Assembly: GCA_963776345.1 (NCBI GenBank) | Contig: CAVZMH010000022.1 | Span: forward strand, 448,001-512,000 | Source: an uncultured delta proteobacterium | Lineage (GTDB): Bacteria; Myxococcota; Myxococcia; Myxococcales; Myxococcaceae | Direction: 5' to 3' | Length of the DNA: 64,000 bases | Shown: positions 9,289-19,740 of the stretch, piece by piece | Layout of the letters: every line of letters starts with the position of its first letter | How positions within the stretch are numbered: position 1 is the stretch's first letter | The notes under the pieces: model-generated | The model's input: the letters and a program-made list of their open reading frames with translations, nothing else | Database searches by the model: none | Told to the model about the DNA's origin: nothing | Made by a program: the position numbers and the translations under genes

Positions 9289-10827
9289 ATGAGCGCAGGA
9301 GAGAGCCAGCCGAAGGGGCCAGACCTCGCCGGAGGCGTGGAGGCCGAGTCGCTCGCCGACGGGAGAAGCCTCGAGGGGCACGTGGGGAGCGAGGCGGTGC
9401 TCCTCGTGCGGAGCGGCGGGGAGTTCTTCGCCGTGGGTTCGAAGTGCACCCACTACGGAGGCCCGCTGGCGGAGGGGCTGGTGGTGGACGGCACCGTTCG
9501 CTGTCCCTGGCACCATGCGTGCTTCTCGCTCCGCACTGGCGAGGCGCTGCGGGCACCGGCGCTGAACCCCGTCGATCGCTGGACGGTGGAGCGGCGCGGG
9601 TCGAAGGTGCATGTCACGGCCAAGGCACCTCCTGCTCCGGCACGAAAGCGTCCGCCCTCGGCACCGCGGCGCATCGTCATCGTCGGGGGCGGCGCGGCGG
9701 GCAACGCCGCGGCAGAGATGCTCCGGCACGAAGGTTTCGACGGCAGCCTCACCCTGCTCAGCGCCGACACCTCGGTCCCTTACGATCGGCCCAACCTGTC
9801 CAAGGACTACCTCGCCGGCACCGCACCGGAGGAGTGGATTCCCCTCCGCTCCCCGGAGTTCTACGTCGAGAAGGGCATCGAGCTCCGACTCGGCACCCGG
9901 GTCACGGCCATCGATCCCGCCCGTCGCGAGGTGACCCTCGAAGCTGGGGGGAAGCTCCCCTACGACGCGCTCCTCCTCGCGACGGGCGCGAGTCCGGTGC
10001 GCCCCAGGCTTCCGGGCGCCGAGCTGCCGCACGTCTTCACCCTCCGCTCCCTGGCCGACGCCCGGGCGATCATCGCTCGCGCCGGCGAGGGGAGCCGGGC
10101 GCTGGTGCTCGGGGCCAGCTTCATCGGCCTGGAGGCAGCCGCCGCCCTCCGCACCCGCGGCGTGGAGGTGCAGGTGGCCGCTCCCGACGCCATCCCCATG
10201 GAGCGGGTGCTCGGGGCCGAGCTCGGACGCTTCGTGCGGAAGCTCCACGAAAAGCATGGCGTCGTCTTCCATCTCGGCCGGACCGCGCAGGCCATCGACT
10301 CCGGCGCGGTGACCCTGTCCGACGGAAGCCGCGTCGCCGCCGACCTGGTGGTCATCGGAGTCGGCGTGCGGCCAGTGGTCGACCTGGCCCAGGCGGCGGG
10401 CCTGGAGGTGGACAACGGCGTGCTGGTCGACGCTCGGCTTCGCAGCAGTGTCCCGGAGATCTTCGTGGCCGGGGACGCCGCACGCTGGCAGGACGCGCGG
10501 ACCGGGGAGCGGATGCGCGTCGAGCACTGGGTGGTCGCAGAGCGCCAGGGCCAGTCGGTGGCCCGCACCATGCTCGGCGGGACCGAGCCCTTCGACGACG
10601 TTCCCTTCTTCTGGAGCGCGCACTACGACGCCACGTTCAGCTACGTCGGGCACGCGACGCAGTGGGACGCGGCCCGCATGGATGGGACGCCCGAGGCCCG
10701 CGACTGTCGGGTGGAGCTGTCGGCGAAGGGGAAGGTGCTGGCGGTCATCACCCTCGGCCGTGACCGGCAGAGCCTCGAGGCGGAGGTGGCGCTGGCCCGG
10801 GGGGTCAGTCCATCTCCAGGGTCCTGA
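9289..10827 (+). CDS. Rieske 2Fe-2S plus FAD-dependent oxidoreductase (AIF-like/ferredoxin reductase fusion)
   Basis: CTHYG...CPWHH Rieske motif; GGGAAG; PYDRPNLSK; GASFIGLE; RVEHW; PFFWS. Confidence 0.92.
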   Translation: MSAGESQPKGPDLAGGVEAESLADGRSLEGHVGSEAVLLVRSGGEFFAVGSKCTHYGGPLAEGLVVDGTVRCPWHHACFSLRTGEALRAPALNPVDRWTVERRGSKVHVTAKAPPAPARKRPPSAPRRIVIVGGGAAGNAAAEMLRHEGFDGSLTLLSADTSVPYDRPNLSKDYLAGTAPEEWIPLRSPEFYVEKGIELRLGTRVTAIDPARREVTLEAGGKLPYDALLLATGASPVRPRLPGAELPHVFTLRSLADARAIIARAGEGSRALVLGASFIGLEAAAALRTRGVEVQVAAPDAIPMERVLGAELGRFVRKLHEKHGVVFHLGRTAQAIDSGAVTLSDGSRVAADLVVIGVGVRPVVDLAQAAGLEVDNGVLVDARLRSSVPEIFVAGDAARWQDARTGERMRVEHWVVAERQGQSVARTMLGGTEPFDDVPFFWSAHYDATFSYVGHATQWDAARMDGTPEARDCRVELSAKGKVLAVITLGRDRQSLEAEVALARGVSPSPGS

Positions 10828-13231
10828 ACTGCCCCTGGGCGTCGATGACCGTGCCCCAGACCTTGTGCGAGGCCTGGTGCTCGGAGAGGCCGAAGCTCAT
10901 CACCGTCCCGATTCCCAGGTCGTAGTCCTTGATCGACTCGAGGGCGTCCACCAGCTTCTCGGCGTCCAGATCGCGGCCGGCCCGGCGGAGCCCCTCGGCC
11001 AGCAGCTGGGACGCCACGTAGCCCTCGAGCGAGATGAAGTCCGGGTGCTGGTCGGGGTGGTACCTCTTGAGGGCCTCCCGGTAGTGAATCACGCCGGTGG
11101 CTCCCGATTCGTAGTGCGGCACCACCTGGGTGACGATCACTCCATCCGCGTAGCTGGGGCCGAGATCCTTCAGCCCCTCGGCCAGATCGTTGCTCCCGAC
11201 GAACGAGACGTTGAGGAACACCGGCTCGATGCTGGCGTCCCGGACCCGCTGGATGAAGCGGACCGCCGCCTTGTAGGTGGAGACCATGATCACCGCCTTC
11301 ACCGGGTGGCGTCGGCGAACCTCGGGGCCACTGGAGCCCCGGACCGTCACGGTGGTGTCGTGGTACTTGAGGAGCGTGCGGACCGCTCCCTCGACCTCGA
11401 CCGTGTTCCGCTCGTAGTTGACCCTGAGGAGGTCGACGTCTCCGTGCCCGGACTTGCGGAGCATCTTCACCGCCCCGTCGTAGCCGGCGTCCCCGTAGGT
11501 GTCGTGCTGGGCGAAGACCACGATGCTGCGGGGATCGATCCGCTTCACCTCCAGCAGGTAGTGGATCATCCTCGCCGTCTCGTCCTGGTAGCTGGCGCGG
11601 TAGTTGAAGACGTACCGATCGGGCGGGTCCTTGCGGAGGAGGTTTGACCCGGTGAACGCGCCGAAGAACAGGGTGCGGTTCTTCACCGCGTAGGGGACCG
11701 TATGCTGTGCGGTCGGCGTGCCCACGTTGCCGATCACTCCGAAGACCTGGCGCTGCTCGAGCAGCTCGCTCATGTTCGACAGCGCGCGATTGCCCTCGTA
11801 CCCGTCGTCGAGCGCCACCAGCTTCAGCTTCCGGCCCGCGACGCCCCCGCGCTCGTTGATCGCCTCGAAGCCCGTCTCGATCCCCAGCTTCATCCGGGTC
11901 CCGAGCTGCTGTGCGGGGCCGGAGAACGCCGCGCTCATCCCCATGAGGATCTCGGTGTCGGTCACTCCGCGGATTGCCCGGGCCGGGGCGACCGATGCGG
12001 CCGTCAGGAGCTTCGCCGCGTCGGCGGCGGCGGGGTGTGACTCGCCGCTCCGGGTCAACCAGGCCAGCGTTCCGCCAAGGGCGAGCGCCACGACCAGCAC
12101 CGCCGCGCCCATCGCCAGCCGGCGGTCGTCCTTCCGCTTCCGTGACGAGCCGAGGCTGAACCGGCTGAACCCGGTCCCGTGGCTCGTGACCAGGCGAGAG
12201 CCCTGCGGGGTCAGATCGGGGAGAGTCTGGACGTCGGCATCGTTCTTCAGCTGGTGCTCGATGACCATCCTCAGCCTCTGCTTCTCCTCGGCGAACCCCT
12301 CGCTCAGCGCGGCGCCGATCTCCCGGTCGCTCACCCGCGGCGGGTGCTGGTTGAGGTAGCTCTCGAGGTCCGCATGGAGCTCGGCCGCCGTGAGGTAGCG
12401 CTCCTCGGGCCTAGGCTTGAGGGCCTTCATGCAGATCTGCTCGAGCCGTGCAGGGACGTCCGGGAGCAGCTGCCGGAGCGGCTCGACCTCTCCCTCGATC
12501 GCCTTCTGCAGCCGGTCCGACGAGCTGAGCTGCTTCCACATCCGGCGGCCGATGATCGTCTCCCAGAGGAGCACGCCGATGGAGTAGATGTCCGCGCGGC
12601 GATCGACGTGGCCGCTGTCGGTGTACGCCTCGGGGGCCATGTAGCCCGTCTTCCCCTTCACCACCCCGGCACGGGTCTGAGTGCCCGAGTCGAGCGCCTT
12701 GGCCACGCCGAAGTCGACCAGCTTCACCCGCCCGTCGTACCCGACGAGGATGTTGCTCGGGGTGACGTCCCGGTGCACCACGTTCAGCGGCTTGCCGTCG
12801 TAGTCGGTGAGCTCGTGCGCGTAGTGCAGGCCCGCCAGGGCGTGGAGCAAGACTTGAAGCTGCATCCGCGGGGCGAAGGTCCGGGTGGGGATGGACGAAT
12901 GGCGGATGCTCTCCAGGGTCTGGCCATCGACGTACTCCATGGCCAGGTAGTAGCGGCCGTCGTCCTCGCCCACGTCGTAGGTCTGGACCACGTTGGGGTG
13001 GTTGAGCCGCGCCGCCAGCCGCGCCTCGGCGAGGAACATCTGACGGAACTCCTGCTCCTCGGCGAGGTCGGCGCGAAGCAGCTTGATCACCACCAGCTTC
13101 TGGAAGCCGCCCAGCGCTCCGCGGGTGGCGGTGAGATAGACGTTGGCCATCCCGCCGCGGCCGATCTCTCCGATGAAGCGGTACTTCCCTGCGAGATCGG
13201 TTCCGAGGGTCTCCGCCAGTCCTTGAGCCAT
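10805..13231 (-). CDS. Ser/Thr protein kinase - TM - periplasmic ligand-binding (LivK-like) fusion
   Basis: GRGGMA, VIK, HRDVTPSNIL, DFG, YMAPE; TM LAMGAAVLVVALALGGTLAWL; GVTDTEILMGMSAAFSGP...LVALDDGYE...GNVGTPT. Confidence 0.92.
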   Translation of the reverse strand: MAQGLAETLGTDLAGKYRFIGEIGRGGMANVYLTATRGALGGFQKLVVIKLLRADLAEEQEFRQMFLAEARLAARLNHPNVVQTYDVGEDDGRYYLAMEYVDGQTLESIRHSSIPTRTFAPRMQLQVLLHALAGLHYAHELTDYDGKPLNVVHRDVTPSNILVGYDGRVKLVDFGVAKALDSGTQTRAGVVKGKTGYMAPEAYTDSGHVDRRADIYSIGVLLWETIIGRRMWKQLSSSDRLQKAIEGEVEPLRQLLPDVPARLEQICMKALKPRPEERYLTAAELHADLESYLNQHPPRVSDREIGAALSEGFAEEKQRLRMVIEHQLKNDADVQTLPDLTPQGSRLVTSHGTGFSRFSLGSSRKRKDDRRLAMGAAVLVVALALGGTLAWLTRSGESHPAAADAAKLLTAASVAPARAIRGVTDTEILMGMSAAFSGPAQQLGTRMKLGIETGFEAINERGGVAGRKLKLVALDDGYEGNRALSNMSELLEQRQVFGVIGNVGTPTAQHTVPYAVKNRTLFFGAFTGSNLLRKDPPDRYVFNYRASYQDETARMIHYLLEVKRIDPRSIVVFAQHDTYGDAGYDGAVKMLRKSGHGDVDLLRVNYERNTVEVEGAVRTLLKYHDTTVTVRGSSGPEVRRRHPVKAVIMVSTYKAAVRFIQRVRDASIEPVFLNVSFVGSNDLAEGLKDLGPSYADGVIVTQVVPHYESGATGVIHYREALKRYHPDQHPDFISLEGYVASQLLAEGLRRAGRDLDAEKLVDALESIKDYDLGIGTVMSFGLSEHQASHKVWGTVIDAQGQFRTLEMD

Positions 13232-13760
13232 GCGCCGGTTCTCCTGCTTGCGACCGCATCGCCATCGTACGGCGAAGGCGGCCGGGCGCTCGACGCACCC
13301 CGCGAGTCCGGACGCGATCCGAGGCACCCACTTCGCAGGTCGATGTCGCGCGCTGTGCGGCGAGAACCTCTCCCGGCCCACGTGGTGCGGCGATCTCGGT
13401 CTCCGTGGTTCCAAGCGCTGAGTGAGGCAAGAGGTGCATCGACGATCGTCGCTACCCGCAGAGCAGTGGTCCGAGCTTCCGCCCTGGTCGTGCTGGTCTC
13501 GGCCATGACGAGGGGGGTCTTCGTTGCTTTGGTCGCACGGTTGGGAGTCAGCGCGCGCAAGCGAGCGAGCGCATGCAACAGCGGCGAGCCAGCGGTGTCT
13601 TTGCGCCATAGGACCGTTCGGTAGGCCGGGTGGGGTTCCACAGCGCGAGCAGGAGTGGGGAAGGTGTGCTCGAAGAGCTCGGCTCGGCACTGTCGAGCAC
13701 CGTACAAGCCGCAGGTCCGCTCGCGGTCGTCGGCTGACCTGATTCACCGGAAACGCCGAC

Positions 13761-15146
13761 GTGAACCCTCCGCCGACCTCTCGACTCACGCTCCGGGCGT
13801 TGCCCGGCCTCCTTTGCCTGGCGGCGCTCGCTGCCTGCGGCCCGGCGCCTGTTCCCGCCCCCGAGACCGAGCTCGCACCCAGGGACGTGACACTGCCCGG
13901 AACCGCGGCCGTCAAGGTCGAACCCTGGGACCATCAGAGATGGATCGTGCTGGTGGAGACCCTCCAGGAACAGCTCCTGGTGACGATGCCCCGGCGCAAG
14001 CTCGTGTGGCTGGACGCAGACCTCAAGACGATCAAGGAGTACGTGCCGCCCCAGGGGCGCTTCCTGATCGACTTCTCCGTGCATCCCTCCGGCGCGGCGA
14101 CGATCGTGGAGATCGAGCCAGCGCCCGGGACCGATCTCTTCCTGAAACCGATCAAGGCGCAGCTGACCCGCTTCCTCGCCGACGGGTCCGAGGCCACGGT
14201 CCCACTCGATTCGGGGATCCCCGACACGGGTGGCACTCCGCCCCTCCCCTTCTCGCTCGACCGGGCACGCATCGCCCCATCGGGGGAGGACGATCTCGTG
14301 GTCGTGCGCTGGTCCGACAACTCCGTCCGGGCCCACCGCGTGGAGTTCCGAGATGGAGCCTTCCACCTAGCGTGGACCACCGTCGTGGAGCCTCCGGCGG
14401 CCCTCCTGGCGATCGGGATCATCGGCGGCGGATTCGACAACTTCCACCAGGGCGACCGGGCGGCCTTCGTCTATCTCGACGTGGACCCAACCGGGGTCGC
14501 GTACGTGGTCGTCCCGAGCACGGCGGACGTGCTCCCCGCCCACGACGCCTTCTTCCACGAACACTTGATGGCGGGCGCGGACGAGGCCCACTTCGACTAC
14601 GGGGTGTCCATCATCACCAGACTCTCACCGGACGGGCAGCGCACCTACGCGGTCCTTTCGGGCCTGGGCACCAACAAGCGCCTGCTGAGCATCCGGGCCA
14701 CGGCGCAGATCCTCTACCTGACGGGAAGGGTTCGGGTGGGGAGCAATCCCCCGGACTGGGACGCATGGATGCAGGCCTTCGAGCTGTCGACTGGCCATGC
14801 TCTTGCGGAACCGTCCATCGACGTGCAGGGCGGCGACATGTTCTGGGACCTGGCGTCGCTCGGAGACGGCTCGGTGCTGGGGGTCGGGTCCACCAACTAC
14901 ACTCAGAACCCCTCCGGGCTGAGCGTCAGCGACACGCGTGACAACCTCGCGGTCATCGTGGGACTGGACGGAGTCGTCCGGAAGCGGCTCACCTTGCCTG
15001 CCGGCCCTGCGGGCCGGGGGAACGAGGTCACGTCGGTGCGCGTGATCGGAGGCCGCTGGGCGATGTTCGCGGGGTTGAACAACGCGCCCGGTACGCACGC
15101 CGCGGTGTTCTCGGACGCCTTCTTGAGCCTGCGCGCACTCGAGTAG
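13761..15146 (+). CDS. Secreted lipoprotein, probable beta-propeller
   Basis: Lipobox LAAC; beta-strand-rich repeats; host-like codon usage. Confidence 0.7.
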   Translation: MNPPPTSRLTLRALPGLLCLAALAACGPAPVPAPETELAPRDVTLPGTAAVKVEPWDHQRWIVLVETLQEQLLVTMPRRKLVWLDADLKTIKEYVPPQGRFLIDFSVHPSGAATIVEIEPAPGTDLFLKPIKAQLTRFLADGSEATVPLDSGIPDTGGTPPLPFSLDRARIAPSGEDDLVVVRWSDNSVRAHRVEFRDGAFHLAWTTVVEPPAALLAIGIIGGGFDNFHQGDRAAFVYLDVDPTGVAYVVVPSTADVLPAHDAFFHEHLMAGADEAHFDYGVSIITRLSPDGQRTYAVLSGLGTNKRLLSIRATAQILYLTGRVRVGSNPPDWDAWMQAFELSTGHALAEPSIDVQGGDMFWDLASLGDGSVLGVGSTNYTQNPSGLSVSDTRDNLAVIVGLDGVVRKRLTLPAGPAGRGNEVTSVRVIGGRWAMFAGLNNAPGTHAAVFSDAFLSLRALE

Positions 15147-15236
15147 GACAGGGCGCGTGCTCTACGCGACCATCCAACAGCAGGCGGACTTGCGGCGGGT
15201 GCACCGAAGGCGGAGGGTGGGTGCCGGAGGTGCGTC

Positions 15237-15563
15237 ATGATCGCTCGAGTCCTCAGCGTTCTCCTCGGCGCTGCGGTGTTCGCCAGCGCGTTCCTGCAAC
15301 CCACCCGCTCGACCGTGTTCTGGCACGACCTGTTGCTCGGAGGATTGGTCGCGGTGTTCTCCGTGATGTCGATCTGGATTCCGCGGCTGCGGTTCCTCAA
15401 CGCCGTCGCGGCAGTCTGGCTCTTCTGGTCGGGAGCGTTGCTGCCCAACATCGGCCACTTCTACGTCACGGTCGTCGCCGGGACGCTGATCTTCATCCTC
15501 TCCTTCGTGCCGAACAGTGACGAGACGTTCTGGCCACATCACCACGTGGCCCATCATCACTGA
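15237..15563 (+). CDS. SPW-repeat-like small membrane protein with His-rich tail
   Basis: Four hydrophobic segments; RFLNAVAAVWL; ends PHHHVAHHH; GGAGG RBS. Confidence 0.7.
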   Translation: MIARVLSVLLGAAVFASAFLQPTRSTVFWHDLLLGGLVAVFSVMSIWIPRLRFLNAVAAVWLFWSGALLPNIGHFYVTVVAGTLIFILSFVPNSDETFWPHHHVAHHH

Positions 15564-15604
15564 GCGGCCGAAGACGAGGTGTCCGACACCTCGTCTCGCA
15601 GGGC

Positions 15605-15740
15605 TCAAGGCAATGCTGCCGACGGCTCTGCGCTGGGTCCGGCGCTTCTGAACCACCGGTCCATCCAGGCGATCGGGATCCCGAAGAACAGGATGTGCAC
15701 CGCCAGCGCAGGGGCCGGGACCGAGCCCGGGTTCCAGCTC
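15605..15740 (-). pseudogene. Possible 3' remnant of a membrane protein gene
   Basis: Frame reads ALAVHILFFGIPIAWMDRWF...* directly after the enoyl-CoA hydratase stop. Confidence 0.25.
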
Positions 15741-15744
15741 GTCC

Positions 15745-16497
15745 TCAGGTGCGGATCTTGATCTTCTCCAGCTCTCGGCGCGTCTCCGCCGAGTACCAGA
15801 TCTCGACGAACTCCCGGACCGATGCGGCTTCTCTTCGCTGCATCTCCTCCAGGATCGGCTGTCGGAGGAGGAGCTTGATGCTGCGGAATGCCGTGGGCGA
15901 CCTGGCGGCGTGCTCGTGGAGCCGTCGCCGGGCCTCATCGAGGAGCGCGTCCTCCGGGACGGTTGCGTCCACCAGGCCGAGGGCCAGCGCCTGTTCCGCG
16001 GTGTAGAGCGCCCCGCTGTAGACCATTTCCTGCGCTCGCCGCTCGCCGACCCAGAAGCGGAGCAGGGCGAGGCTCCCGGCGAAGAGCGAGGAACCGAAGC
16101 CGATCTCGTTGAGACCGATCTTGGCGTTGTCCCTGGCCATGACCCGAGCGTCACACGCGATGGCCAGCATGCAGCCTCCGGCGACCGCGTGGCCGTTGAT
16201 GGCCGCGACGACCGGCCTGGGATGGGCGAAGAGGTCGCGATAGAGCGTGGTGAACTTCTCGAGGTATCCAGCGAAAACCTCCTTCGATGCCCCCATGAAC
16301 TCCGGGATGTCGAAGCCGAAGGAGAAGAACTTGCCGCTTCCGGTAAGGAGGATCCCCCGAACCCGTGAGTCGTTGGCGAGATCGCCGAGGCAGTGAGAGA
16401 GCTCGTCCACCACCTGCTCGTTCAACGCATTGACCTTGCCTCGCTCGAGCCGGACCTCGGCGATGCCTTCCTGGACGCTCAGCCGGACGAAAGTCAT
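15745..16497 (-). CDS. Enoyl-CoA hydratase/isomerase family protein
   Basis: KVNALN, FFSFGFD, VVAAINGHAVAGGC, IGLNE, ALALGLVD. Confidence 0.92.
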   Translation of the reverse strand: MTFVRLSVQEGIAEVRLERGKVNALNEQVVDELSHCLGDLANDSRVRGILLTGSGKFFSFGFDIPEFMGASKEVFAGYLEKFTTLYRDLFAHPRPVVAAINGHAVAGGCMLAIACDARVMARDNAKIGLNEIGFGSSLFAGSLALLRFWVGERRAQEMVYSGALYTAEQALALGLVDATVPEDALLDEARRRLHEHAARSPTAFRSIKLLLRQPILEEMQRREAASVREFVEIWYSAETRRELEKIKIRT

Positions 16498-16574
16498 GAA
16501 AGCGCTCCTTCGACCGGCCCTTGTAACGAAGTTGCAGGGGCGTTCGCCCGCTCGATGCGTTAGGCCTCGGCTCC

Positions 16575-17354
16575 ATGGGCCGAACTGCGCTGGTGACCGG
16601 GGCGTCTTCAGGACTGGGAGAGGAGTTCGCGCGGCTCTTTGCCAGCGACGGAGTCGATCTGATCCTGGTGGCTCGCCGCCGGGATCGCCTGGAGACGCTG
16701 GCGGCCGAGTTGCGGGCTGCGCGGAAGGTGTCCGTTCAGGTCATGGCCGCGGACCTGGCGGCGCCCGGGGACGTCGAGCGGGTGATCCGCGAGGTTCAGG
16801 CCCAGGGGCTGGAGATCGAGTTCCTGGTCAACAACGCCGGGCTGGCCAACGTCGCGGCATTTTCCGAGAGCAGCCTGGCGACGCAGCTGCTGATGGTGGA
16901 CGTCAACATCCGGGCCCTGGTCCGGCTCACCCACGCCTTCCTGCCGGGAATGCAGACCCGGCGTCGCGGGCGGATTCTGAATATCGGCTCGACGGCTGGT
17001 CTCCAGCCCGGGCCCTATTGCGCCGTCTATTACGCCAGCAAGGCATTCGTGAACTCGTTCACCGAGGCCCTCTCCCACGAGCTCCGAGGCACCGGCGTGA
17101 CCGCCACGGTGAGCCTCCCCGGCGCCACGGCGACCGAATTCGCCTCGGTTGCGGGAAGCGGCGAGACCCGCCTGTTCCGGTCCGGAGTGATGTCGTCCAC
17201 CGAGGTGGCCAGGGACGCCTATCGGGCCATGCTCGATGGCAAGCCGTTCGTGATCCATGGATGGAAGAACAAGGTGCTGGGCTTCAGCGTTCGCCTCGGC
17301 CCTCGCTCGGTGGTCCGGTCGATCGCCGCGGCGCTGAACAAGCCCGGCAAGTGA
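16575..17354 (+). CDS. SDR family oxidoreductase
   Basis: TGASSGLG, LVNNAG, S...YYASKAF. Confidence 0.93.
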   Translation: MGRTALVTGASSGLGEEFARLFASDGVDLILVARRRDRLETLAAELRAARKVSVQVMAADLAAPGDVERVIREVQAQGLEIEFLVNNAGLANVAAFSESSLATQLLMVDVNIRALVRLTHAFLPGMQTRRRGRILNIGSTAGLQPGPYCAVYYASKAFVNSFTEALSHELRGTGVTATVSLPGATATEFASVAGSGETRLFRSGVMSSTEVARDAYRAMLDGKPFVIHGWKNKVLGFSVRLGPRSVVRSIAAALNKPGK

Positions 17355-17359
17355 CTCCC

Positions 17360-18580
17360 ATGCCCGCGTCCGGCTTCGACACCGGCAGCACGCTCACCCA
17401 CCTCCAGTGCAGCGCCTGCGAACGACAGCACGAGGCCGAACGTCTCCAGAACGTCTGCCCTGACTGCGGCAAGGTCCTCCTCGCCCGCTACGACCTGCAG
17501 CGCGCGGCCCGGACCCTGTCCCCGGAGACGGTGGCCGCGCGCCCCCGCGGCATGTGGCGCTGGCGCGAGCTCCTCCCGGTCCGGGATTCGCGACACATCG
17601 TCTCGCTCGGCGAGGGGGATTCACCGCTCCTCCAGGCCCCGCAGCTCGGCGCCCGCGCCGGGCTGAAGCGGCTTCTGCTCAAGGACGAGGGCAGCAACCC
17701 GACCGGCTCCTTCAAGGCGCGCGGTATCTCCGCGGCCGTTTCCCGCGCCCGCGAGCTCGGCGCCCGGCAAGTCGCGCTTCCGACCGCGGGGAATGCGGGC
17801 GGCGCGCTCGCCGCCTATGCCGCCCGGGCGGGCCTGAAAGCGCACGTCTACATGCCGGTGGATGCTCCCGAGCTGAACAAGAAGGAGGCTGCCCTCTACG
17901 GCGCCGAGGTCGTTTTGGTCCGGGGGCTGATCAACGACTGCGGCGCCTGGGTCCGGAAGCGTGCCGCCGAGGAAGGCTGGTTCGATCTCTCCACCCTCAA
18001 GGAGCCCTACCGCGCCGAGGGCAAGAAGACGATGGGCCTCGAGCTGGTCGAGCAGCTCGGCTGGGAAGTCCCCGACGTCATCGTCTATCCCACGGGCGGC
18101 GGCACCGGCCTGGTCGGAATCTGGAAGGCCCTCCAGGAGCTCGAGCAGCTCGGATGGATCGGCTCCCGGCGGCCCCGGATGATCGCCGTCCAGACGGAGG
18201 GCTGTGCTCCCATCGTCCGTGCCTTCCAGCAGGGGCTGGACCACGCTCCGCCCGTGGAGAATGCACGCACCCGCATCAGCGGGCTCCGCGTCCCGGCGGC
18301 GATCGCCGACTCGATCATGCTCGACTTGCTCCGGCGCTCCGGTGGCACCGCCCTCACCGTCACCGACGAGGAGGCGCTCGCCGGCATGCAGGAGATCGCC
18401 TCGAGCGAGGGCATCTTCGCCGCGCCGGAGGGCGGAGCGGTCTGGGCGGGCATCAAGAAGCTCGTCGCCAGCGGAACGATCGACCGCGAGGAGTGCGTCG
18501 TCCTCATGAACACCGGCACCGGCCTCAAGTACGGCGAGCTCGTCTCCTTCGATCATCTCCCCATCGTCGAGCGCGTCTGA
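17360..18580 (+). CDS. thrC: Threonine synthase (PLP, Zn-ribbon type)
   Basis: CSAC...CPDC; SLGEGDSPL; NPTGSFKARG; TAGNAG; EGKKTMG; YPTGGGTG; alternative GTG start at 17351. Confidence 0.88.
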   Translation: MPASGFDTGSTLTHLQCSACERQHEAERLQNVCPDCGKVLLARYDLQRAARTLSPETVAARPRGMWRWRELLPVRDSRHIVSLGEGDSPLLQAPQLGARAGLKRLLLKDEGSNPTGSFKARGISAAVSRARELGARQVALPTAGNAGGALAAYAARAGLKAHVYMPVDAPELNKKEAALYGAEVVLVRGLINDCGAWVRKRAAEEGWFDLSTLKEPYRAEGKKTMGLELVEQLGWEVPDVIVYPTGGGTGLVGIWKALQELEQLGWIGSRRPRMIAVQTEGCAPIVRAFQQGLDHAPPVENARTRISGLRVPAAIADSIMLDLLRRSGGTALTVTDEEALAGMQEIASSEGIFAAPEGGAVWAGIKKLVASGTIDREECVVLMNTGTGLKYGELVSFDHLPIVERV

Positions 18581-18613
18581 TTCCGCGACGCGAGGATGCC
18601 TATGTTGACGCGA

Positions 18614-19618
18614 ATGAACCGGGCAATCTCACGGACGGCGCTGCCTGGCGTCGTCATGGTCGCGGCGGTGGCCTTCGCGGCGAAGGCGCCCCAGGTCGAG
18701 ATCCGCGAGTTCCCTGTGCCGACCGCGAACGCGCTCCCACACGACCCGGCTGTCGCCCCTGATGGCGCGTTGTGGACGACCGAGCAGAAGGCCAACAAGC
18801 TCGGACGCCTTGACGTCGTGAGCGGACAGTTTCGCGAGTATCCGCTCACCACTCCGGATTCCGGTCCGCATGGGCTGGTCGTCGACGGCGCCGGATCGGT
18901 TTGGTTCACGGCCAGCTACAAGGGCTACATCGGTCAGCTCGATCCCCGGACGGCCAAGGTCCGGGAGTATCGATGGAGCGACCAGAGAGCTCGCGACCCG
19001 CACACTCCGGTGTTCGATTCGGCAGGGAGCCTCTGGTTCACCTTGCAGCAGTCGAACCTGATCGGGCGGCTTGATCCGAAGACGGGCACGACCCGGTTCG
19101 TCGATGTGCCCACCGCGGATGCCGTCCCTTACGGCATGGTCATTGGCAGCGACGGAGCGCCATACTTCTGCGAATTCGGCGCGAACAAGATCGGCCGCGT
19201 CGATCCGGCCACGATGGTGGTTCGCGAATTCACCCTTCCGGAAGGCGCCCGGCCGCGTCGCATCGCGCTCGCCTCGGACGGCACCCTCTACTACTCCGAC
19301 TACGCGCGGGGGATGCTGGGCCGCCTCGATCCCAGGTCAGGCAAGGTCGAGGAGTGGCCCTCTCCGGGCGGCGCTCAGTCCCGGCCCTATGGAATCGCAA
19401 GCACCCCCGATGGGCTGGTCTGGTACAGCGAATCGGGGGTGCACCCCAACACCGTGGTGCGTTTCGATCCGGCCACGAAGCGGTTCAGCTCCACTCCCAT
19501 CCCGTCGGGCGGCGGAGTGGTCCGGAACATGGTCGCCACTCCGCAGGGCCAGCTCTATCTGGCCTGCAGCGGCGTGAACCGTGTCGCGGTCGTCGTGCCA
19601 GGAGCCTCGAAGGAGTAG
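18614..19618 (+). CDS. vgb: Virginiamycin B lyase (Vgb)-family beta-propeller with signal peptide
   Basis: Repeats PHDPAVAPDGALW / PHGLVVDGAGSVWFT / PYGIASTPDGLVWYSE; start could be 18596. Confidence 0.82.
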   Translation: MNRAISRTALPGVVMVAAVAFAAKAPQVEIREFPVPTANALPHDPAVAPDGALWTTEQKANKLGRLDVVSGQFREYPLTTPDSGPHGLVVDGAGSVWFTASYKGYIGQLDPRTAKVREYRWSDQRARDPHTPVFDSAGSLWFTLQQSNLIGRLDPKTGTTRFVDVPTADAVPYGMVIGSDGAPYFCEFGANKIGRVDPATMVVREFTLPEGARPRRIALASDGTLYYSDYARGMLGRLDPRSGKVEEWPSPGGAQSRPYGIASTPDGLVWYSESGVHPNTVVRFDPATKRFSSTPIPSGGGVVRNMVATPQGQLYLACSGVNRVAVVVPGASKE

Positions 19619-19740
19619 CTTCCGACACCAGCCCGAGCGGCTGTTGCGGGCCAGCGGACGTTGTCGCCTTCGGCGCTACGAATAGCGCGGGCCGCTACAA
19701 GCGGTCGCGCCTATCCCCCGGGGATCCCTCGGCGGTCGAT

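Noticed and set aside
13232..13915. N-terminal extensions in the ORF track (kinase to 13915; likewise thrC from 16430, osmC from 6732, glgX from 57147)
   Set aside because: Run-on open frames in GC-rich DNA; family-like sequence and plausible starts begin at the downstream codons used here
18614..19618. Vgb homologue as a bona fide streptogramin resistance gene
   Set aside because: Signal-peptide-bearing Vgb-like propellers are widespread; activity cannot be inferred from sequence and there is no mobile context
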